From contig VMGE01000001.1 in assembly GCA_007376395.1 (NCBI GenBank), positions 89,635 to 153,634 on the forward strand: 64,000 nucleotides of DNA, given 5' to 3'. The translations under genes were made by a program, and so were the position numbers. The stretch is from Microgenomates group bacterium Gr01-1014_5 (GTDB lineage Bacteria; Patescibacteriota; Microgenomatia; UBA8517; UBA10165). Every line of letters starts with the position of its first letter. Position 1 is the first letter of the stretch. Below, in pieces: positions 9,334-20,144 of this stretch. The notes under the pieces were generated by a model. It was not told where the DNA came from. It made no database searches and was given only the letters and a program-made list of their open reading frames with translations.

Positions 9334-12300
9334 TCAAGTCTCCATAAGGAGATTGATGCGGTTTTCCAGTTCACGATTCCAGGAAATAGTATAAGGAAGA
9401 CTGATTTTTTTCTCTCCAAAACCATTCTCTACCAAAATTATTATTTGCCTGTCTCCGCCTTTACTTGATTGCAATAGGTGATTAATTTCAACCAGCGACT
9501 TTGGGCTAGTCCCTTTTGGTATGCGTAAATAAACCGTGCCGTCTTCCGTCTCTCTGGGAGAAGGATGTGGTGAGTCTTTGTCAAAGTCTTCGTCGCTTTC
9601 CGTCTTTTCCACGATTATAGACAGCGAGTCTTCCCTCTCGTCAACCTTGCCTTCTACGACAATTGTTCTTCGTTCCATCCACTTGCTTTTTGAACCAGCG
9701 TAAATCGTGGGGAATACTACTAAATCTATTGCTCCTGTATCGTCTTCAAGATTAACAAAGGCCATTTCCCGACCACCATTTTTAGTAATCACACTACGTA
9801 CTGAGTTAATAATTCCACCGATTCTAACCGTTTTACCAACTCCATTTTCGCGAGTAATTTCATTTACTTTATGGGTAACACGATCTTTAATTTTCTCCAA
9901 CATAGAGCTTAATGGGTGGTCTGTCAGGTAAAACCCAAGAAGTTGTTTTTCTAAAGATAACTTTTCGTCTTCTGAAAAATCTGCAACTTCGGGAAAGTTG
10001 TCAACAGGGGCAATGGTCTGGATTTTTTCTTCACCGGCATCAAACAATCCCGATTGTCCGTCGTCCTTCCTTTTTTTCAACGAAACCTTGGTACGAATTT
10101 CGTCTAAAGCAGCCAACATTGCGGTTCGCTTACCAAATCGGTCCATTGCACCAGCCTTAATTAAACTCTCGATAACCTTTTTATTAACTTTTTGTCCGTC
10201 TGTTCTTTGACAAAAATCCGACAACGAAGCAAACACGCCAGTCTCTCGCGAGGACAATATCGCGTCAATGGCGGCCACGCCGACATTTTTAATAGCAGAA
10301 AGGCCAAACCTTATCGCCCTTCCGTCAAGAGAGTTTTCGTCTGCAACGACTTTGAAAATCTCATCACTATCATTAACGTCCGGAGTTAAAATATTGATCT
10401 TAATATGGCGGCATTCGGTTATTGCTTGAGAAATTTTTTCAGTATCCCCAGATTCAGCCGTCATCAGGGCACACATATATTCAACAGGAAAATTAGCCTT
10501 CATGTAAGCAGTCTGGTAGGAAACCATTCCGTACGAAGCCGCGTGTGCTTTATTAAAACCGTATGCTTGGAATGGTTCAAAAAGTAGCCAAAGATTTTCC
10601 GCAAATTCTTGCGTTTGTCCATTATTTACAATTCCCTCCGTAAACTTGGCTTTTTGTGCCGCCATTTCCGCTGGAATTTTTTTACCGACTGCTTTTCTGA
10701 ATTTATCTGCTTCTTCCCAGTTGTATCCGGCAAGTTCCAAGGCGCAAAAAAGCAGATCGTCTTGGTAAACAATTAAACCATAGGACGCCTTTAAAAATTT
10801 CTCCATTCTTGGGTCGAGATATTTAACAAGTTCCGGGTTTTGTTTACGGGCAATATATTCAGGAATCACCGACATTGGACCTGGCCTGAAAAGAGCCACC
10901 ATTGCCATTAAATCTTCAACACTAGACGGTTTTAAGTCTTTAAGATAGCGTGTCATTCCTGATCCGCCTAACTGAAAAACTCCCATTGTGTCTCCTCGCC
11001 CTAACATTTCAAAAGTTTTTTTGTCGTTAAGGGGGATATTGCGGATGTCGACCTCTACTTTGCGTGTTTCCTTCACAATCTGAATTGAGGCTCCTAGAAT
11101 GGTTAAATTGCGGATACCTAAAATATCAAACTTAATAAGGCCAACATCTTCGCAAGCGTGAAATTCGTATTGGGTAATCACTTTCGATCCACCTGTTTCG
11201 AGTTGAAGCGGTGTAAAGTCTGTAAGTTCAGATTGGGCCACAACAACACCTGCGGCGTGTACAGAAACATGTCTTGCACTACCTTCTACTTGATGTGCCA
11301 AATCCAAGATTTTTTTACTATCTGCATCATTATCATACATTTGCTTTAACTCGGGTGATTCTTTAAGAGCCTTGGGGATATCGGTCGGAAAACCTTGTTT
11401 TGGAGGCGGGGTGACTTTGGAAAGCCTGTCGCCAACAGCGTAGGGGTAACCCAAAACGCGTGCAACATCACGGATCGCGGCTCGAGCCAACATTCTTCCG
11501 AAAGTGCAAATTTGCGCAACACGCGTTTGGCCATATTTATCAACAATATAATTAATTACGTCTTCTCTTCTGTCGTCTGCCACATCAAAATCAATATCCG
11601 GAGGACTAGGACGGGAAGGGTTTAAAAACCTTTCGAAAGGAAGGTAGTAAGTCAAGGGATTGACAGTAGTAATTCCCAAGACAAATGACACCAGGGAGCC
11701 TGCGGCAGAGCCTCTAGTGTTTGTGATAATTCCGTGTGTCGCGGCCCATTGGACAAAATCTTGGGCGATGAGGAAATATGGCGCATATCCCTTGGAGATG
11801 ATGATATTAAGTTCATGTTCCATCCTCTCTTTTACTTCTTCTGTTTGTTCTTTAATTTTTTCGGGAAGACGGGTTTTAACTAATTTCCGCAAAACATCGT
11901 CCACAGTCTTTCCCTTGGGAACTTTATATTCAGGAAAAAACCATTTACCCAAGGTACTGATTTCTAGATTACAATCTTCTGCTAAACGTACTGTGTTTTT
12001 AATTGCTTCGGGGATATCGGCAAACAATTCTTCCATTTCCTCTGGCGTTTTAACATAAAAATTTGGATTGTCTACAAAGCGGATTCTTTTTATGTCTGTA
12101 ACATTTTTTCCTGTTGCCACACAAACCAAAACATCTTGAGCCTCAGAATCTTTTTGTTCAATATAATGCGAATCGTTAGTAGCAATTATGGGTATTCCTA
12201 ACTCTCGTGAGATTTTATAAACACCTTCATTAATTACTTTCTCGGTTCGAGCCATTCTTTCCAAATCAGCTTTAATGTCAGAGTTGTCTGCGTTGGCTAC

Positions 12301-12855
12301 CTGTTCCTCAAACTTATGCCTTTGTATTTCAAGGTAATAGTCTTTACCAAAAACTTCCTGGAACCAGGCTGCAACTTTTACCGCATCTTTATAATTGTCA
12401 GAACTTAATGCCTGTCCCACTTCACCCAAAGGACACGCTGAAGTACAAATTATGCCTTTTGCATATTTCTTTAAAAGCTCCCTATTAAACCTTGGCCGGT
12501 AATAATAACCTTCAAGATGGGCAATTGACGTAAGTTTCATTAAATTGCGGTAGCCTTCTTCATCTTTGGCAAGAAGCAGTAAGTGGTTTGCGTCTGCCCC
12601 CCTACTTCCGTCTTCATTTTTTATTTTGTGGTCTTTATTGGTAGTGTAGGCCTCGAAGCCGATAATTGGTTTGACTCCTTGACGTTGAGCCTCTTTGTAG
12701 AATTCTATAGCTCCGTACATCACTCCGTGGTCGGTGATGGCGCAAGCATCCATACCCATTTCTTTTACTTTAGCTAAAAGTTTAGAGCTTTTAGGAAGTC
12801 CGTCAAGAAGTGAGTATTCTGTGTGAACGTGAAGGTGGACAAACTTAGCCGCCAT
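9334..12855 (-). CDS. dnaE: DNA polymerase III alpha subunit
   Basis: 1173 aa. N-terminal PHP domain (HLHVHTEYSLLDG), polymerase core and C-terminal OB fold. Confidence 0.95.
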   Translation of the reverse strand: MAAKFVHLHVHTEYSLLDGLPKSSKLLAKVKEMGMDACAITDHGVMYGAIEFYKEAQRQGVKPIIGFEAYTTNKDHKIKNEDGSRGADANHLLLLAKDEEGYRNLMKLTSIAHLEGYYYRPRFNRELLKKYAKGIICTSACPLGEVGQALSSDNYKDAVKVAAWFQEVFGKDYYLEIQRHKFEEQVANADNSDIKADLERMARTEKVINEGVYKISRELGIPIIATNDSHYIEQKDSEAQDVLVCVATGKNVTDIKRIRFVDNPNFYVKTPEEMEELFADIPEAIKNTVRLAEDCNLEISTLGKWFFPEYKVPKGKTVDDVLRKLVKTRLPEKIKEQTEEVKERMEHELNIIISKGYAPYFLIAQDFVQWAATHGIITNTRGSAAGSLVSFVLGITTVNPLTYYLPFERFLNPSRPSPPDIDFDVADDRREDVINYIVDKYGQTRVAQICTFGRMLARAAIRDVARVLGYPYAVGDRLSKVTPPPKQGFPTDIPKALKESPELKQMYDNDADSKKILDLAHQVEGSARHVSVHAAGVVVAQSELTDFTPLQLETGGSKVITQYEFHACEDVGLIKFDILGIRNLTILGASIQIVKETRKVEVDIRNIPLNDKKTFEMLGRGDTMGVFQLGGSGMTRYLKDLKPSSVEDLMAMVALFRPGPMSVIPEYIARKQNPELVKYLDPRMEKFLKASYGLIVYQDDLLFCALELAGYNWEEADKFRKAVGKKIPAEMAAQKAKFTEGIVNNGQTQEFAENLWLLFEPFQAYGFNKAHAASYGMVSYQTAYMKANFPVEYMCALMTAESGDTEKISQAITECRHIKINILTPDVNDSDEIFKVVADENSLDGRAIRFGLSAIKNVGVAAIDAILSSRETGVFASLSDFCQRTDGQKVNKKVIESLIKAGAMDRFGKRTAMLAALDEIRTKVSLKKRKDDGQSGLFDAGEEKIQTIAPVDNFPEVADFSEDEKLSLEKQLLGFYLTDHPLSSMLEKIKDRVTHKVNEITRENGVGKTVRIGGIINSVRSVITKNGGREMAFVNLEDDTGAIDLVVFPTIYAGSKSKWMERRTIVVEGKVDEREDSLSIIVEKTESDEDFDKDSPHPSPRETEDGTVYLRIPKGTSPKSLVEINHLLQSSKGGDRQIIILVENGFGEKKISLPYTISWNRELENRINLLMET

Positions 12856-12915
12856 GCCTTATATTTTACTCTTTTCACGAGTACCCGTAAAGGAGACTTA
12901 AACAAGCAAAGAAGG

Positions 12916-13353
12916 TCAAGTTGCTACTTTTACCTGTCTAATATCGGCAATTGTGAGCCAGGCAGACTTTGCGCCGAATCCCTTTTTATTTATTTGAAAT
13001 GGCTCAATTTTCTGAACATCTTTAAGAAATATTAATAGGCAATATCTTTTGACCCTAAATAACTTAAAATAATAGGGGATACTAGAATTTTCAATTCCAT
13101 CATTACTTCCGAATTCTTCTAGTATTTCTAAAACAATTTCTGGTGTTAAATTTTCAAAAGATAATACTTTATCCACTGTTGCTTTTATCGTAATACCCTC
13201 TCCAGAATTTTTAAAATATATTGTGTCCCTTTTTTGAATTTTCCCCCAAGGAGCATACTTGTTTTTGTACCACCTAGATTCAACGGTTTTTGTACCTTCT
13301 AAAATTTTAGGAAGAAGTCCCCAAGACTTTCGCATTATTGCGATGTGGTCCAT
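12916..13353 (-). CDS. ASCH (PUA-like) domain protein
   Basis: 145 aa. ILEGTKTVESRWYK... pattern is typical of ASCH domains. Confidence 0.5.
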   Translation of the reverse strand: MDHIAIMRKSWGLLPKILEGTKTVESRWYKNKYAPWGKIQKRDTIYFKNSGEGITIKATVDKVLSFENLTPEIVLEILEEFGSNDGIENSSIPYYFKLFRVKRYCLLIFLKDVQKIEPFQINKKGFGAKSAWLTIADIRQVKVAT

Positions 13354-13359
13354 TGATAT

Positions 13360-13860
13360 TTACGGAGTATATTCCAGTCTCTCGTGACCCCAAAGAGCTT
13401 CGTGGGTGACAAAAATTTTACCTGTTTCAAGTTTATACAACTTGTAGCGTTTTACCTCTGTAGCAAGTTCTTCTAAAGTTTTATTTTTAAATTCTTTGTG
13501 TCTTTCGTGATATTTTTCTTCAATTTGAACCGAAATCTCCTGGTCTTCGCACATGTGAGCCTCTCCTGTTATTTGGAGTTGCCTTGCCTTCCCGCTTTCT
13601 TGGACAGCCGTAATGTTTGCCGCAACTTTAGGGTTATCAGCAATTTCTTCTGAATGTCTGGTCGTCTCTCGGGTTAACCAATAAAGATTAAAATCCTGGT
13701 CATAAACATAAATCATGGCCGCTACCCAAGGCTGATTATCCCTTGTGGTTGCGATATTGACCACTATTCCATCGCGTAAAGTATCAAGGATGACCTCTTT
13801 TAATTCAGCCGTGGTAATTTCATTACCGCTTGTTGTTTGTAAATCTTTTGTGTCAGTCAT
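13360..13860 (-). CDS. pyridoxamine-5'-phosphate-oxidase-like FMN-binding split-barrel protein
   Basis: 166 aa. GIVVNIATTRDNQPWVAAMIYVYD... resembles the general-stress-protein-26/PNPOx fold. Tentative. Confidence 0.4.
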   Translation of the reverse strand: MTDTKDLQTTSGNEITTAELKEVILDTLRDGIVVNIATTRDNQPWVAAMIYVYDQDFNLYWLTRETTRHSEEIADNPKVAANITAVQESGKARQLQITGEAHMCEDQEISVQIEEKYHERHKEFKNKTLEELATEVKRYKLYKLETGKIFVTHEALWGHERLEYTP

Positions 13861-15157
13861 TTAATTTTTCTAAGAGTATTTTTAATACTTTGTCTATCAC
13901 TGCCTTGCCTTTTGTTTCGCGCATAATTTCCCCTACCAAAAACTGTATAACAGATTCTTTACCGTTTTTATAGTCCCCAACCGCTTTTTCATTATGCTTG
14001 ATTACAGACAAAACTGCTATCTCTAAATCTCCCATGCTCGTCTCTTGTTTTCCTGTAACTTCCCTTAATTTTCCGGTAAACTCCCCAGGACTTAATTCCG
14101 TAGACTGCCGTTTATTAACAATTGCATTCGCAATTGCCTTGGGATCCAACCCTTCACCTTCTTTTACCGCTTCCTCAAAATATCCCGCCATTCCTTGTTT
14201 AACAAGAGTTTTGGCGGTTTCAGAAGTTAAACCATACTCTGTCTCAAGCCTCTTACTTTTACTACTAAACAACTCAGGAGTTTTTGCCTTTATCCTCTCG
14301 ATATCGCTATCATTAAATGATATCGCCGGGATGTCCGGTTCTGGAAAATAACGGTAATCGTGCGCGTCTTCTTTAGACCGCTGTAAATAAGATTCTTTCT
14401 TTTCTTCACTCCAGCCTCGTGTTTCCTTGTACAAGGGGACGCCTTGTTCAAGCAATTTGCGTTGTCTCTCTATCTCGTATTCAAGAGCATGCTGCATGAA
14501 GCGGAAACTGTTTATGTTTTTTAACTCTATTCGGTAGTCTGGCAAATTATCCTTTTGGATTTCGCGCAGCGAGACGTTTGCTTCCAAACGCAAATCTCCC
14601 CTTTCCATATCGGCGTTTGAAGCACCAAGATCGCGCACTATTTGCTGAAATGTTTTTGCAAATTCTACAACTTCGTCAACATTTTTAAAATCTGGTTCAG
14701 TAACCATTTCAACTAAAGGAACGCCTGAGCGGTTAAAATCAATTAAAGTTTTTGATTTTTTATGAAACAACTTACCTGTATCTTCCTCAATATGCACCCT
14801 GTTTATTCGAATTAGCTTTCCACCTCCGAGGTGTAAGGCTAAACTTCCACCGATACATAGCGGTTTTCTATATTGAGAGATCTGATATCCTTTGGGAAGA
14901 TCGGGGTAAAAATAGTTTTTTCGTTCAAAATAAGAATCTTTTGAAATTTTGCAGTTTAGGGCTAGTCCTATCATCAGGCATTTTTCTAACGCTTCTTTAT
15001 TGGCAAACGGTAGTGCTCCGGGTAACCCTAAACAAACAGGACAGGTGTGAGTATTCGGCTCTTTGCCAAAATAGTCTGCAGAGCAAGAACAAAACATCTT
15101 TGTTTTGGTATTTAACTCGACGTGTATTTCTAATCCGATAACCGGGGTGTATTGCAT
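13853..15157 (-). CDS. gatB: Asp/Glu-tRNA(Asn/Gln) amidotransferase subunit B
   Basis: MQYTPVIGLEIHVELNTKTKMFCSC... is the canonical GatB N-terminus; 434 aa. Confidence 0.9.
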   Translation of the reverse strand: MQYTPVIGLEIHVELNTKTKMFCSCSADYFGKEPNTHTCPVCLGLPGALPFANKEALEKCLMIGLALNCKISKDSYFERKNYFYPDLPKGYQISQYRKPLCIGGSLALHLGGGKLIRINRVHIEEDTGKLFHKKSKTLIDFNRSGVPLVEMVTEPDFKNVDEVVEFAKTFQQIVRDLGASNADMERGDLRLEANVSLREIQKDNLPDYRIELKNINSFRFMQHALEYEIERQRKLLEQGVPLYKETRGWSEEKKESYLQRSKEDAHDYRYFPEPDIPAISFNDSDIERIKAKTPELFSSKSKRLETEYGLTSETAKTLVKQGMAGYFEEAVKEGEGLDPKAIANAIVNKRQSTELSPGEFTGKLREVTGKQETSMGDLEIAVLSVIKHNEKAVGDYKNGKESVIQFLVGEIMRETKGKAVIDKVLKILLEKLND

Positions 15158-15481
15158 TTATCCGTTGTCCTCCTCGAATTCTCTTTTCAAAGTTGGTCCA
15201 ATTTGGTTGTGTTTATCAGGATCTTTTATATAATTTTCAAACATATTTGCTAAATTTTGGAAACGTATAAGTTTTGCCTGGTTGGTAGGATCAAGAGTCA
15301 CCTGGTGTGTAATCGGTTTTCCGCCTTTGCCTAATTTCCACCATTTTCCTGGGTATTCATAAATAACGACTGGGCCATCGGTTGGACTCTCTGCGGCTTT
15401 ATTTATTCTTTGGACAACGTCTAAAGCCTTCTTCACATCTAGTGAAAAAGGCTTCTCGTCTATTTCATTACCCCACTTCAT
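15158..15481 (-). CDS. hypothetical protein (107 aa) inserted between gatA and gatB
   Basis: ORF tightly packed between gatA (stop overlaps) and gatB. No motif recognised. Confidence 0.45.
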   Translation of the reverse strand: MKWGNEIDEKPFSLDVKKALDVVQRINKAAESPTDGPVVIYEYPGKWWKLGKGGKPITHQVTLDPTNQAKLIRFQNLANMFENYIKDPDKHNQIGPTLKREFEEDNG

Positions 15482-16857
15482 AATCGGGCTTGCCCTTCCG
15501 TAGCTTCAGCGAAGGAGGGCTTCTCCTTTCTCCAATTTGTTGCCTTCTCGTACACCTCTCCAACATTAAGAATTGTTTCTTCGTCCATGTATTTTCCTAA
15601 AATTTGTAATCCAACCGGTAATCCCTCAGCAAATCCGCAAGGAACCGATAAGCCCGGAATACCGGCAAGGGAAGCAGGAACTGTATAAGCATCTGAAAGG
15701 TACATCGACAGAGGATCGTCTACTTTCTCGCCGATATTCCAGGCAGTAGTCGGAGAAGTTGGACCAACAATCACATCGCACTTCTCAAACGCTTTATCAA
15801 AATCTTGTTTTATAAGGGAACGTACTTTGGCCGCTTTTTGAAAGTAATCGTCATAATACCCTGAAGACAAAGAATAAGTCCCCAGCATTATTCTTCTTTT
15901 AACCTCTGGACCAAACAGATTTCTATCGTGTCCATATCTTATTCCATCAAATCTGGCCAAGTTGGAAGAAGCCTCTGAGGACATAATAATGTAGTAAGTC
16001 GCAATCCCGTATTCTGTGTGCGGAAGTTCTACTTCTACCGTCTTAGCTCCTAATTCTTCCAGTTGCTTTATTGCACCTTTAACTACTTTTTCTATTCCAA
16101 TATCTAATCCTTTTCCAAAATATTCTCTCGGAACCCCCACTTTTAAGCCATGTAAGTTTTTTAGCTTCGTAAGGAGAGACCTTGCGAAGCTATTTTTCGT
16201 GCAATTTGCGTCTTTACCATCAGAACCGGAAATCCATTCTAGAACTCTTCTTGCATCTCCTACCGTCTTTGTAATTGGTCCCGGGCAGTCAAGAGATGAA
16301 GCCATAGGAATAACTCCATAACGGGAAACACGGCCATATGAAGGTTTTAGACCAACAACCCCACATAACGCTGCAGGTTGCCTTATCGAGCCTCCTGTGT
16401 CAGTACCTAAAGCAAGGACGCACATATCAGCGGCAACTGCGGCGGCAGACCCCGATGATGATCCACCCGGAACTTTATCAAGGTTCCACGGATTATGTGT
16501 CGGTCCATATCCTGAGTTTTCTCCCGATGAACCCATGGCAAATTCGTCACAATTTGCTTTACCTAAAACCGAAACACCTTGTTCCTCAAGCTTCTCAACA
16601 ACTGTAGCGTTAAATACTGGCTTGTATCCTTCCAATATTTTTGATCCTGCTGTTGTTTCAATGCCTTTTGTCGAAAAAACATCTTTGAAAATTGCCGGTA
16701 TTCCATGACCTTTCTGGTTTCTTGCTAAAACAGCATTAAGTTTAGGATTTAAATCAGAAAGCCTAGCAGTATATGCAATATTTAGCTCTTCATTCGAAAA
16801 CCTACCCGATTTTAAGACTTCTATGGTTTCAATTAGTGATAATTCTGTTATATTCAT
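15478..16857 (-). CDS. gatA: Glu-tRNA(Gln) amidotransferase subunit A
   Basis: Amidase signature GGSSSGSAAAVAA; 459 aa. Confidence 0.95.
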   Translation of the reverse strand: MNITELSLIETIEVLKSGRFSNEELNIAYTARLSDLNPKLNAVLARNQKGHGIPAIFKDVFSTKGIETTAGSKILEGYKPVFNATVVEKLEEQGVSVLGKANCDEFAMGSSGENSGYGPTHNPWNLDKVPGGSSSGSAAAVAADMCVLALGTDTGGSIRQPAALCGVVGLKPSYGRVSRYGVIPMASSLDCPGPITKTVGDARRVLEWISGSDGKDANCTKNSFARSLLTKLKNLHGLKVGVPREYFGKGLDIGIEKVVKGAIKQLEELGAKTVEVELPHTEYGIATYYIIMSSEASSNLARFDGIRYGHDRNLFGPEVKRRIMLGTYSLSSGYYDDYFQKAAKVRSLIKQDFDKAFEKCDVIVGPTSPTTAWNIGEKVDDPLSMYLSDAYTVPASLAGIPGLSVPCGFAEGLPVGLQILGKYMDEETILNVGEVYEKATNWRKEKPSFAEATEGQARL

Positions 16858-17153
16858 TGCTCTTCTCCGAACACTCCTTTAGTAACAATAAATCCATCTG
16901 TATTCTTGGGTGAATTACTTAAAGCGTCTTCTTGAGACAATGAAGGTTTTACAGAATCTTCTCTCAGTGAGTTTCTGCTCTCTGTAGGATTATAAGTAGG
17001 TTCAACATTCTTTGTGTCTGCTCTATCTAAAAGTTCAACGTAATCCAAAACCTTAGAAAGCTGATCTGTGTAAATCCGCTCCTCGTCAGCGGAAAGCGGC
17101 AAGTTCCCAAGTTTCGCCACCTTTTTAACGTCAATTCCAGAAGTTTTTACCAC
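16854..17153 (-). CDS. gatC: Asp/Glu-tRNA amidotransferase subunit C
   Basis: 99 aa with GatC-like N-terminus (VKKVAKLGNLPLSADEE...LSKVLDYVELL). Lies in gatCAB order. Confidence 0.75.
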   Translation of the reverse strand: MVKTSGIDVKKVAKLGNLPLSADEERIYTDQLSKVLDYVELLDRADTKNVEPTYNPTESRNSLREDSVKPSLSQEDALSNSPKNTDGFIVTKGVFGEEQ

Positions 17154-17156
17154 AGC

Positions 17157-17957
17157 TTAGTGTAGCATAATTCCAGCCACGAAGCGGCCTGTTAAGCCGT
17201 CTTTGCGCTCTGAGAAAAATCTATCAGTGTTGGTATAAGTATCAATTCCTGCTATTTCTATATTATGGTCTTGCACACCTGCTGTTAATAATAAAAACTT
17301 GTTTGCTTCCCAAAGGTTTAACATTCCGTGAGTTTTGTCTTTCATTTGGATGAAGTTATTTCCCGGAAAAGCTGTTGCAAAAGCCTCAATAACCGGCGTG
17401 TCAACTTCGTAACTCTCCGGACCAATTGAGGGCCCAATACCTACAACCAAATCTAGAGGATTTGTACCAAACTCTTTTTTCATAAGTTCAACCGTATTAG
17501 TAAGAATTTTTACAACAGTACCTTTCCTCCCCGAATGAACAGCTCCGACTGCGTTTTTTACAGGATCATACAAAAGAATCGGTACACAATCTGCCGCAAG
17601 TACGGACAAACAAAGGTTAGCTTCATTTGTAATCATTGCGTCTGCGTCGAGAATCGCAGTACTTCTCTCGTAAACTCCGGCTCCTCTTTGCTGTCCGGTA
17701 ACAACTACTACATTTCCGCTGTGTATCTGCCGGCAAAAGACAAAATTATCAATTGGAACGTTCACGGCATGCGCCAAACGTTTGTGGTTTTCTAAAACAG
17801 CTGTAAAATCTTCTTCTTTGAAAGAGATATTTAGCGTGTCAAACGGAGGTTTACTCACTCCCCCTTTTCTCGTAGAAATAAATTGGGTAATTTGCGAATA
17901 ACCGGACAAGTTTTCAAACCTCAGTATTTCAATATCGTCTAAATTTTCAATAAGCAT
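17157..17957 (-). CDS. pgeF: peptidoglycan editing factor PgeF / YfiH (DUF152) family
   Basis: 266 aa with conserved RQIHSGNVVVV and HSGRKGTV motifs. Confidence 0.75.
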   Translation of the reverse strand: MLIENLDDIEILRFENLSGYSQITQFISTRKGGVSKPPFDTLNISFKEEDFTAVLENHKRLAHAVNVPIDNFVFCRQIHSGNVVVVTGQQRGAGVYERSTAILDADAMITNEANLCLSVLAADCVPILLYDPVKNAVGAVHSGRKGTVVKILTNTVELMKKEFGTNPLDLVVGIGPSIGPESYEVDTPVIEAFATAFPGNNFIQMKDKTHGMLNLWEANKFLLLTAGVQDHNIEIAGIDTYTNTDRFFSERKDGLTGRFVAGIMLH

Positions 17958-17974
17958 TTTAACTTTCTACCATA

Positions 17975-19747
17975 CTACGTAGAATGGAGAATTTTCTCAA
18001 ATTCTTGCAAAGATAGTGTATTAACAACATCTTTCTTTTCTGCCCAACCTCGTCTGGCAACAGAAATTCCATAACGCATACCCGAGAGCCAGCTAATTTC
18101 ATGACTGTCCGTGTCGACAATTAATTTAACCCCCAATTTTACCGCTTGCCTTGCTAAAGTATCGGGCAAATCCAATCTATCAGGAGAAGAGTTGATCTCA
18201 ATCCATTTATTGTGTTTTAGGGCGTAATCAAAAATTTTGTCCCAGTCTAATTCCACGCCCTCTCTATTATTTAGTTTTCTGCCTGTAGGATGACCGAAAA
18301 TTCTCACTTTTGGATGCGCCAATCCTTCCAGCACCCGCTTTGTTTGGTCTGCTTTTGTACCGCGAAAACTTGAATGCAATGAAACTATTGCATAGTCGAG
18401 AGTTGTAAAAGCATTTTCCGGCAAGGCTAATTTTCCGGAAGGGGTAATGTCTATTTCTAGACCGTTAAATATGCATAATTTTAAATTTTCAATTTTTAAT
18501 TTTAAATTCAATTTTTCCGCAAGTTCTTGTTTTTGTTTCAGAACGTCTAACACTTTAGCTTCTGATGTTGATGATTTTAGATTGTGCTCAGTGAATCCAA
18601 TATATTCATAATTTAGCCCAACTGCCATATTTGCGTAGTCTTCCATTTGATTAGTGCCTGCATCGTGTGATGTCTCTTGCGGAAAATTGCTGTGCATATG
18701 CAAATCCCCCTTTATATCTTCAAGTTCGACCAATTTTGGCAATTGATGAAGAAGAGCTAGTTCTATTTCACCATCATTTTCCCTAAGTTCAGGCGGTATC
18801 CAATCCATGCCGAGTCTTTTATAAAACGCTTCTTCGTTCTCAAAATATTCAATCCTGCCGCCTGACTTGATTCCTCGTTCAGAAAGCGAAAGTTTTTTCT
18901 TTAAGGCATAGGTTCTGAGAGCTATGTTGTGGTGTTTAGATCCGGTAAAGTGCTGTAATAAAGCGCCAAAATATTGCGCCGGCTGTACCATTAGGTCTAC
19001 TTGAACTCCACCCGGCAATAATAGAGATGACGTAGAATCCCCTTTTTCAATCAGTTTATTTTTTTTAGGATAAGCGGCAAAATGCTCGATAACTTCTTTG
19101 GGTTTGTTTGTTGCTACCGCAATATCAATATCTCCAACCGTCGCAGTTCTTCTTCTTAAAGATCCTAGGGTTTCTATCTTTTCAACACCGGGATGTTTTT
19201 GCATATATTCAACAACTTCTTCTGCGACAATAGTTGCAAAAGGCAGTAACAAACGTTTTGATCTTTCTTTTACAGTTTTTACAGACAGTAAAATTTCTTT
19301 CTCTAGCTGTTCTCCAAAACCTTCAAGATTTCTGATATGTCCGTGTTCTGCCGCGTGAATTAACTTTTCTAAAGCTCCGTGAGCGCGGGTTATACCAAGT
19401 TCGCGTGATAAACGAAGCGCTCTTTTGGCTCCGATTCCGGGAACATCCATCAGCTCAAACATGGCAGGCGGAAGGTCGTGCATTATTTCCTCGAAGTGCT
19501 TTATTTTTCCTGTTTTGAATAGTTCGTCTAAGTAGTCCGCTATAGTATTACCCACTCCCGGGATTTCCCTTAATTTATCATCATCCCAAAGATCTTTCAC
19601 CTCGCTTGTTAAGTGTTCAATTGCGTCAGCAGCGTTTTGATAGGCGACTATTCTAAAGTGAGAGGTAGGTTCAGAGCTTGTCGCAGGATTAACCTGATAG
19701 GCCGCGGCAACCGACCTTAACAACTTGGCAATTTCTAGGTTATTCAT
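17975..19747 (-). CDS. polX: family X DNA polymerase (Pol beta-like) with C-terminal PHP domain
   Basis: 590 aa. N-terminal HhH/Pol-beta region, nucleotidyltransferase GS..RR motif (LGSLRRR), and C-terminal PHP histidine cluster (HMHSNFP..., TEHN..., HS...H). Confidence 0.85.
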   Translation of the reverse strand: MNNLEIAKLLRSVAAAYQVNPATSSEPTSHFRIVAYQNAADAIEHLTSEVKDLWDDDKLREIPGVGNTIADYLDELFKTGKIKHFEEIMHDLPPAMFELMDVPGIGAKRALRLSRELGITRAHGALEKLIHAAEHGHIRNLEGFGEQLEKEILLSVKTVKERSKRLLLPFATIVAEEVVEYMQKHPGVEKIETLGSLRRRTATVGDIDIAVATNKPKEVIEHFAAYPKKNKLIEKGDSTSSLLLPGGVQVDLMVQPAQYFGALLQHFTGSKHHNIALRTYALKKKLSLSERGIKSGGRIEYFENEEAFYKRLGMDWIPPELRENDGEIELALLHQLPKLVELEDIKGDLHMHSNFPQETSHDAGTNQMEDYANMAVGLNYEYIGFTEHNLKSSTSEAKVLDVLKQKQELAEKLNLKLKIENLKLCIFNGLEIDITPSGKLALPENAFTTLDYAIVSLHSSFRGTKADQTKRVLEGLAHPKVRIFGHPTGRKLNNREGVELDWDKIFDYALKHNKWIEINSSPDRLDLPDTLARQAVKLGVKLIVDTDSHEISWLSGMRYGISVARRGWAEKKDVVNTLSLQEFEKILHST

Positions 19748-19821
19748 GTCTTTACGTATTTGTATAATTTGATATAAATATACATCTTGCCTTCTCCAAA
19801 AACTAGGATTATTATCAAACT

Positions 19822-20121
19822 ATGGATAATAAAAGTCTCAAACAACTTCGAGACATGATGGCTCTTGAAATTAAAAATGCCCTCAGGTTGTTAACTTCGC
19901 AACAAAGTACAACTAATCACAAGCTTGACTTGGTTTATGAGCGTCTAGAAAAAGTTGAAGAAATATTAGAAGAACACACAGAAAAGTTGGATGCCCAAAC
20001 TGTAGACATTCACCATTTACAAGATGATGTAAAAGGTTTATGGGATTGGACTAAAGAGCTTAAAGGGAGACAAGAAAGACGCTTCAAAGAAATCCGTGAG
20101 GATTTAGGTTTAACTCCTTAA
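19822..20121 (+). CDS. hypothetical coiled-coil protein (99 aa)
   Basis: Heptad-rich, charged sequence. No motif recognised. Confidence 0.35.
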   Translation: MDNKSLKQLRDMMALEIKNALRLLTSQQSTTNHKLDLVYERLEKVEEILEEHTEKLDAQTVDIHHLQDDVKGLWDWTKELKGRQERRFKEIREDLGLTP

Positions 20122-20144
20122 GTTTTATTTAGGACGAATCAACC

